From contig CAXXFF010000003.1 of NCBI GenBank assembly GCA_963676835.2, positions 640,001 to 704,000 of the forward strand: a stretch of 64,000 nt of DNA, read 5' to 3'. The DNA comes from Marispirochaeta sp. Its GTDB lineage: Bacteria; Spirochaetota; Spirochaetia; JC444; Marispirochaetaceae. The notes under the pieces were generated by a model. That model was not told the origin of the DNA, made no database searches, and saw only the letters and a list, made by a program, of their open reading frames with translations. Of this stretch, positions 59,634-64,000 are shown piece after piece (within the stretch, counting starts at the first letter, position 1; every line of letters begins with the position of its first letter). The position numbers were made by a program, and so were the translations under genes.

Positions 59634-60128
59634 TTATTGTATTCCTGCCTGTGGGTTTTCGATGTGACTTGCCTGAATGAGCAGCTCTAACAGCATGGAT
59701 ATACCACTGAGGGGTAATACTGAATAGGGAATAGCCATGGATATAAACATGGCAGAGGACTTTGTATCTATACTTATCACCGCCATCTTGAATCCCACAT
59801 AGGAAAAAACAAACAGAAAAACGGCAACAAAGATACGATCAATAATGTGCAGGATCTTTTTCATTCCTTCAGAAAAATTTTCTATAATAATATCCAGCCC
59901 GATATGCGAGTTTTCACGAAACGCAAGTATAGCGCCTAAGTAGGTAATCGAAACAAAAAGATATCTCGACAACTCGCCGGAGATTGCGATTGGAGCGTTA
60001 AAAACAAAACGCATAATGACGTTCAACGTGACAACAAAGAACATGGAAGAAAAAAGGAAAATTATTAACCCATCAAGCAGCTTCCTGCATATATGAATTA
60101 TATTCAGGACTGATTCTTTTGTATTCAT
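59634..60128 (-). CDS. dctQ: TRAP transporter small permease
   Basis: NVIMRFVFN...ELSRY...HIGLD; 4 TM helices. Confidence 0.9.
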   Translation of the reverse strand: MNTKESVLNIIHICRKLLDGLIIFLFSSMFFVVTLNVIMRFVFNAPIAISGELSRYLFVSITYLGAILAFRENSHIGLDIIIENFSEGMKKILHIIDRIFVAVFLFVFSYVGFKMAVISIDTKSSAMFISMAIPYSVLPLSGISMLLELLIQASHIENPQAGIQ

Positions 60129-60146
60129 GTATAATTCCTGAAATAG

Positions 60147-60175
60147 AGCCCGCAGGGAAAGCTTCCCTGCGGGCT
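60147..60175. terminator. GC-rich hairpin between dctP and dctQ (partial terminator or mRNA stabiliser)
   Basis: AGCCCGCAGGGAA-agc-TTCCCTGCGGGCT, 13-bp perfect stem. Confidence 0.7.
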
Positions 60176-60184
60176 TTTAAATAA

Positions 60185-61198
60185 TTAGCGGACTGATTCG
60201 ATTAAACTTTTCAGAACTTTTGCGTCTTCAAGACGCATAACATCGAAAGCACTGTAGTCAATCGCACTACGAAGGGATGCATTATCCATTTCGACTATTT
60301 CCAGCTCTGATTTAAGCTTCTCTCTAAAGGTGGTATCATTCTTTTTGGTAAGTTCAAGTCCAAACATTCCTGCTTCTTTTGCAGCCTCAACAAGCTGATT
60401 CTGCTGTTCTGCAGTCAGCTTCTGGTAGACTGAATCGGAAATGGAAAAAGTAGTCGGTGCGGATATGTGGTTTGAGAGGTTCATATAGTTGACTACCTCA
60501 TGCATGGAAGCTGAATAAATACTTTCGGGAGTATTCTCAAGACCGCCGACAACGCCTGTTTCAAGGGCGGTATATGTTTCTCCCCAGGCTACCGGAGTGG
60601 GCGCCGCACCAAGCAGCTTAAATGTATTAACATATGTAGGAGACTCGGGAACACGAATCTTAAGCCCCTTGAGATCGCCAGCGGTATGTACCGGTGCATT
60701 AGTAGTAAAGATCTGGCGGAAAGCCAAACTGTAATATCCCAGTACTTTGACACCGGTTTTGTTAAGAATAATTTCTGCAAGCTTTTTTCCGGCATCGCCT
60801 TCCAGGGCTCTTGTCTGATGCTCGTAACTTTCATACATAAAAGGCAGTACAAAAACACCCGCTTCTTCAACAAATGCAGGATAAAATTCAACAGCAATAA
60901 TGGCCATATCGAGGGTTCCGGTTTTCAGAGCTTCAAGATTTTCCCGCTCTGTACCCAATGAAGCCGAAGGGAAAACCTCGACGGTTACACTTCCGCCTGT
61001 TTTCTCTTTTACCAGCTCAGCAAATTTCAGTGAGGTCTGATGTATAGAATGGGATGCAGCCATCTGATGGGACATCTGAAGCTTGACTGTTTTTGCTTCT
61101 CCACTTTCCTTCGACCCTTCAGCCCAACCGGTAACGGTCATACTGAAAACCAGCAGCAGGGTTAACAGTACAATTACACCATTTCGCGATTTTTTCAT
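60185..61198 (-). CDS. dctP: TRAP transporter solute-binding protein
   Basis: FAELVKEKTGG, DLKGLKIRVP, GETYTALETGVVGGLEN. Confidence 0.95.
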   Translation of the reverse strand: MKKSRNGVIVLLTLLLVFSMTVTGWAEGSKESGEAKTVKLQMSHQMAASHSIHQTSLKFAELVKEKTGGSVTVEVFPSASLGTERENLEALKTGTLDMAIIAVEFYPAFVEEAGVFVLPFMYESYEHQTRALEGDAGKKLAEIILNKTGVKVLGYYSLAFRQIFTTNAPVHTAGDLKGLKIRVPESPTYVNTFKLLGAAPTPVAWGETYTALETGVVGGLENTPESIYSASMHEVVNYMNLSNHISAPTTFSISDSVYQKLTAEQQNQLVEAAKEAGMFGLELTKKNDTTFREKLKSELEIVEMDNASLRSAIDYSAFDVMRLEDAKVLKSLIESVR

Positions 61199-61225
61199 AA
61201 AACTCTCCTTTTGAAAATGACGCTT

Positions 61226-61240
61226 TCTTGTCGTACAAGA
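61226..61240. promoter_or_regulatory. Candidate FadR/GntR operator
   Basis: TCTTGT-cgt-ACAAGA palindrome 28 nt upstream of the dctP start, next to a FadR-family gene. Confidence 0.6.
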
Positions 61241-61564
61241 TTTGAATTATTCTCCGACCCAATCCGTATTTTGTCAAATAAAAAGACAGTTTTTTTCATA
61301 CAAATTGTTGTTTTGTTATATTTTTATCGCAATTTCACCAAAAAGGTGAGGACTAATCAAGCATCCACCACCATTCTTGTACTATTATTACAATACAAGT
61401 ACGATAATGAATACCAAAGAAAGGACACTAATTATGATTCATAAATTCGATTTTTCATTGGTTTCAATCAGATAATAGATACCGGTTAGGATGAATTAGA
61501 TATTGTATATGGCTTGAGTGTTAAAGGCGGTACAAGATAATGGGGAAAAATAGGTCAGCCTGAT

Positions 61565-62317
61565 TTACTCGGTGATTCCATATTTATCACCGAGTTTCTC
61601 AAAGTGAAGATCATCAATTGCTTTCTGCAGGTGGGATTTCATCATCTGCTTTGCCAGATCTGCATCCCGCGTTTCAAGGGCATTAAGAATAAGAGCATGA
61701 TAGTACATTCCCATTTTAAAGCCGAAGGTTTCATTGATACCTTCAAGGCTACTTGTTTTCTGGTGCATGACTTTGTTGAAAGAATCAATCAGAAGGATAT
61801 TTCCGGTTGAAAGGATTATCTCCTCATGGAAAAGCATATCGTAATGAACAAACTCCTTGATATTCTCAATGGAATCTCTCATTTTTTCCAGAAAACGCCG
61901 GAGGTTATCAAGGTTTTTATCGGTGAGCTTTTGGGCAGCCCTGTAACAGGCTTCCGGCTCAATAATAACCCGGTATTCAAGCAGGGTCAGGGCATCTACT
62001 ACATCAATCTGCGAGTTGGAATGAAGCCGTAACTTGTTTCTTGTCAGGTCATCATCCCTGAGAAATGTACCTTTACGTTTTATACTTTCCATCGCACCCA
62101 GACCGATAAACTGCTGTATAGCGGCACGAACGCTCGACCGGCTAACCCCCAGAGTATCCTTGAGCGAGTTTTCAGAAGGAATTTTCTCGCCGACCTTCCA
62201 GTTGCCGTCGGCAATATTGTCGATAAAATAGTTTATTACTTTTTCGGTAACGTGGTTTCTTACCTTTTTATATTCTGTATCTGTTTCCTCAGCATTCATC
62301 ATGGATGCAAACCTCAA
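61565..62317 (-). CDS. FadR/GntR family transcriptional regulator
   Basis: GEKIPSE...LGVSRSSVR...KGTF wHTH; DMLFH...TGN...H FCD domain. Confidence 0.93.
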   Translation of the reverse strand: MRFASMMNAEETDTEYKKVRNHVTEKVINYFIDNIADGNWKVGEKIPSENSLKDTLGVSRSSVRAAIQQFIGLGAMESIKRKGTFLRDDDLTRNKLRLHSNSQIDVVDALTLLEYRVIIEPEACYRAAQKLTDKNLDNLRRFLEKMRDSIENIKEFVHYDMLFHEEIILSTGNILLIDSFNKVMHQKTSSLEGINETFGFKMGMYYHALILNALETRDADLAKQMMKSHLQKAIDDLHFEKLGDKYGITE

Positions 62318-62430
62318 GTATCGAATAGATGCCCTGGTAAAGACATTCCTTATCCTGGAACGATTCGGGTAACCGCCCGCTCATTCAGCAAGCAGAGAAT
62401 AAAGCCGGAAAATATATGTACGCGCAGCAA

Positions 62431-62991
62431 TCAGACAGCTGACGGCTGCAAAGTACCCCGGCTAATGTTATTCGCTGTATCTTCATCAAGAAGATAGCCG
62501 ATGATGGCCGCTGCAAACTCCGCTGCGGTACCGGCTCCCCGGCTGGTAATGATATTACCATCTTTTACTACCCTGTCACTTGAAAAGGAGGCATTTTTCC
62601 ACTCTTTTTCAAAACCGGGATAACAGGTAGCAGATTTTCCGTCGAGAACGCCTTTGGAATACAACACCACAGAGGGGGCTGCGCAAATGGACGCAACAAG
62701 CTTTCCGGCATCAACGGCTTTGCGGATAATGTTGTCTGCTTCTGCGGAGGCGGCAATATTTGCAGCTCCGGGCATACCGCCTGGTATAACCACAGCATCA
62801 AATTCACCGGAAAAATCCGCCGCGGGGATGTCTGCAAGGATGGTGATATCGTGGGCTCCCCGGATTTCCCTGCCGCCTATGCCGAGGGTTGTTACGTCAA
62901 TACCCGCCCGGCGCAGGAAATCTATAGGAGTAACCGCTTCAACCTCTTCGAAGCCTTCTGCAAGAAATACGATTGCTTTTTTACTGCCCAT
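62431..62991 (-). CDS. yajL: DJ-1/ThiJ family glyoxalase/deglycase
   Basis: GFEEVEA, PGGMPGA, ICAAP, TCYPG, TSRGAGTA. Confidence 0.93.
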   Translation of the reverse strand: MGSKKAIVFLAEGFEEVEAVTPIDFLRRAGIDVTTLGIGGREIRGAHDITILADIPAADFSGEFDAVVIPGGMPGAANIAASAEADNIIRKAVDAGKLVASICAAPSVVLYSKGVLDGKSATCYPGFEKEWKNASFSSDRVVKDGNIITSRGAGTAAEFAAAIIGYLLDEDTANNISRGTLQPSAV

Positions 62992-63053
62992 ACGTGAACC
63001 TCCAATGCCCTGTGTGATCCTATCCTCTCGAAAATCTTATTAATCTCTTCAGC

Positions 63054-64000
63054 TTATCCCTTCAGAGCCTCATGTGCTTCGAGTATAATTTTCTCAGTTT
63101 CGTCCCAGCCGATACAGGCATCGGTTATGGACACACCGTATTGAAGCTCGGAAATATTCTCGGGTATTTTCTGACTGCCTGGAAACAGATTGCTTTCCAG
63201 CATAAAACCTACAACTTCTTCCAGGCCTCTGCGCCGGTAATCGGTAACAGCCCGCAGAACCCGCCCCTGCTTGAAGGGATCCTTACCGGAGTTCATATGG
63301 CTGCAGTCAACCATAACAGCAGGCTTCATACCCCGGGCCTTCAGCAGTTCCCGGGCTTCTTCAATATTCTCTTCGTAGTAGTTGGGTGCATCCCGTCCGC
63401 CCCGGAGAATAAGATGGTTATCCGGGTTTCCCATGGTATGCAGGACACAGGTGTTTCCCGCCCGGTCAATTCCGATAAAACTCTGGGGATGCCCGGTGGC
63501 CTCCATTGCATCCAGCGCAAGGGTGAGGTTTCCGGAGGTACCGTTCTTGTAGCCCACCGGCATGGAGAGTCCTGATGCCATCTGACGGTGGGTCTGGCTT
63601 TCGGTGGTTCTGGCACCGATTGCCGCCCAGGAGATGCAGTCTGCAATATACTGGGGAATAATGGGGTCAAGAATTTCCGACCCAACGGGAACACCCATTT
63701 CGTTGATCTCAATAAGGATTTCCCGGGCCTGTTTCAGCCCTTTTTCTATCTTGTAGCTGCCGTCAAGATCGGGGTCGGTAATCATACCCCGCCATCCGAG
63801 GATGGTTCTTGGTTTTTCGAAATAGACCCGCATTAAGAGCAGCATGGTATCGGCTGTCTTCTCCTGAAGATCTTTCAATTTCTGTGCAAACTCGATGGCG
63901 GATTTCCTGTTATGGATTGAGCAGGGGCCAACGATCCCCAGGAGACGCTTGTCTGTACCCTGGAGTATATTCTTGACTGATTCCCGGCCGTAAAACACAA
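63054..64000 (-). CDS. Class I 3-deoxy-7-phosphoheptulonate (DAHP) synthase, 5' end outside the window
   Basis: VGPCSIH, RVYFEKPRT, IGARTTESQTHR, DCSH, YGVSITDAC. Confidence 0.95.
   Translation of the reverse strand, partial: VFYGRESVKNILQGTDKRLLGIVGPCSIHNRKSAIEFAQKLKDLQEKTADTMLLLMRVYFEKPRTILGWRGMITDPDLDGSYKIEKGLKQAREILIEINEMGVPVGSEILDPIIPQYIADCISWAAIGARTTESQTHRQMASGLSMPVGYKNGTSGNLTLALDAMEATGHPQSFIGIDRAGNTCVLHTMGNPDNHLILRGGRDAPNYYEENIEEARELLKARGMKPAVMVDCSHMNSGKDPFKQGRVLRAVTDYRRRGLEEVVGFMLESNLFPGSQKIPENISELQYGVSITDACIGWDETEKIILEAHEALKG

Overview
Bacterial chromosomal DNA, probably from a free-living spirochaete (inferred from lipoprotein signal style and gene repertoire, not proven). Bases 1-21 kb and 51-64 kb are mostly housekeeping, transport and signalling genes: DEAD-box helicase, azlCD, a cNMP-GGDEF pair with a DHH fusion, cvfB, GH13 glucosidase, MCP, chrA pair, Nudix, TRAP/GntR cluster, yajL and DAHP synthase. 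Bases ~21-51 kb are an accessory region. Its core is a minus-strand polymorphic-toxin locus: TPR protein, beta-barrel protein, two lipoproteins, then a 3356-aa signal-peptide-bearing ZU5/SpvB/FG-GAP/TcdB-midN/Rhs protein. The variable C-terminus of that protein, and that of a downstream orphan Rhs module, carry an L,D-transpeptidase-like H-x14-16-S-x-G-C motif. Both tips are followed by exported NADase-type (discoidin-like) glycan-binding proteins, which are candidate immunity factors. Other signs of rearrangement: an IS66 with a 46-bp flanking direct repeat, an IS21 splitting mazF, a brnTA relic, a duplicated promoter, and a vapBC-like pair between duplicated Nudix 3' ends. No rRNA, tRNA or CRISPR array was recognised. 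All domain calls come from motifs read by eye; no searches were run.
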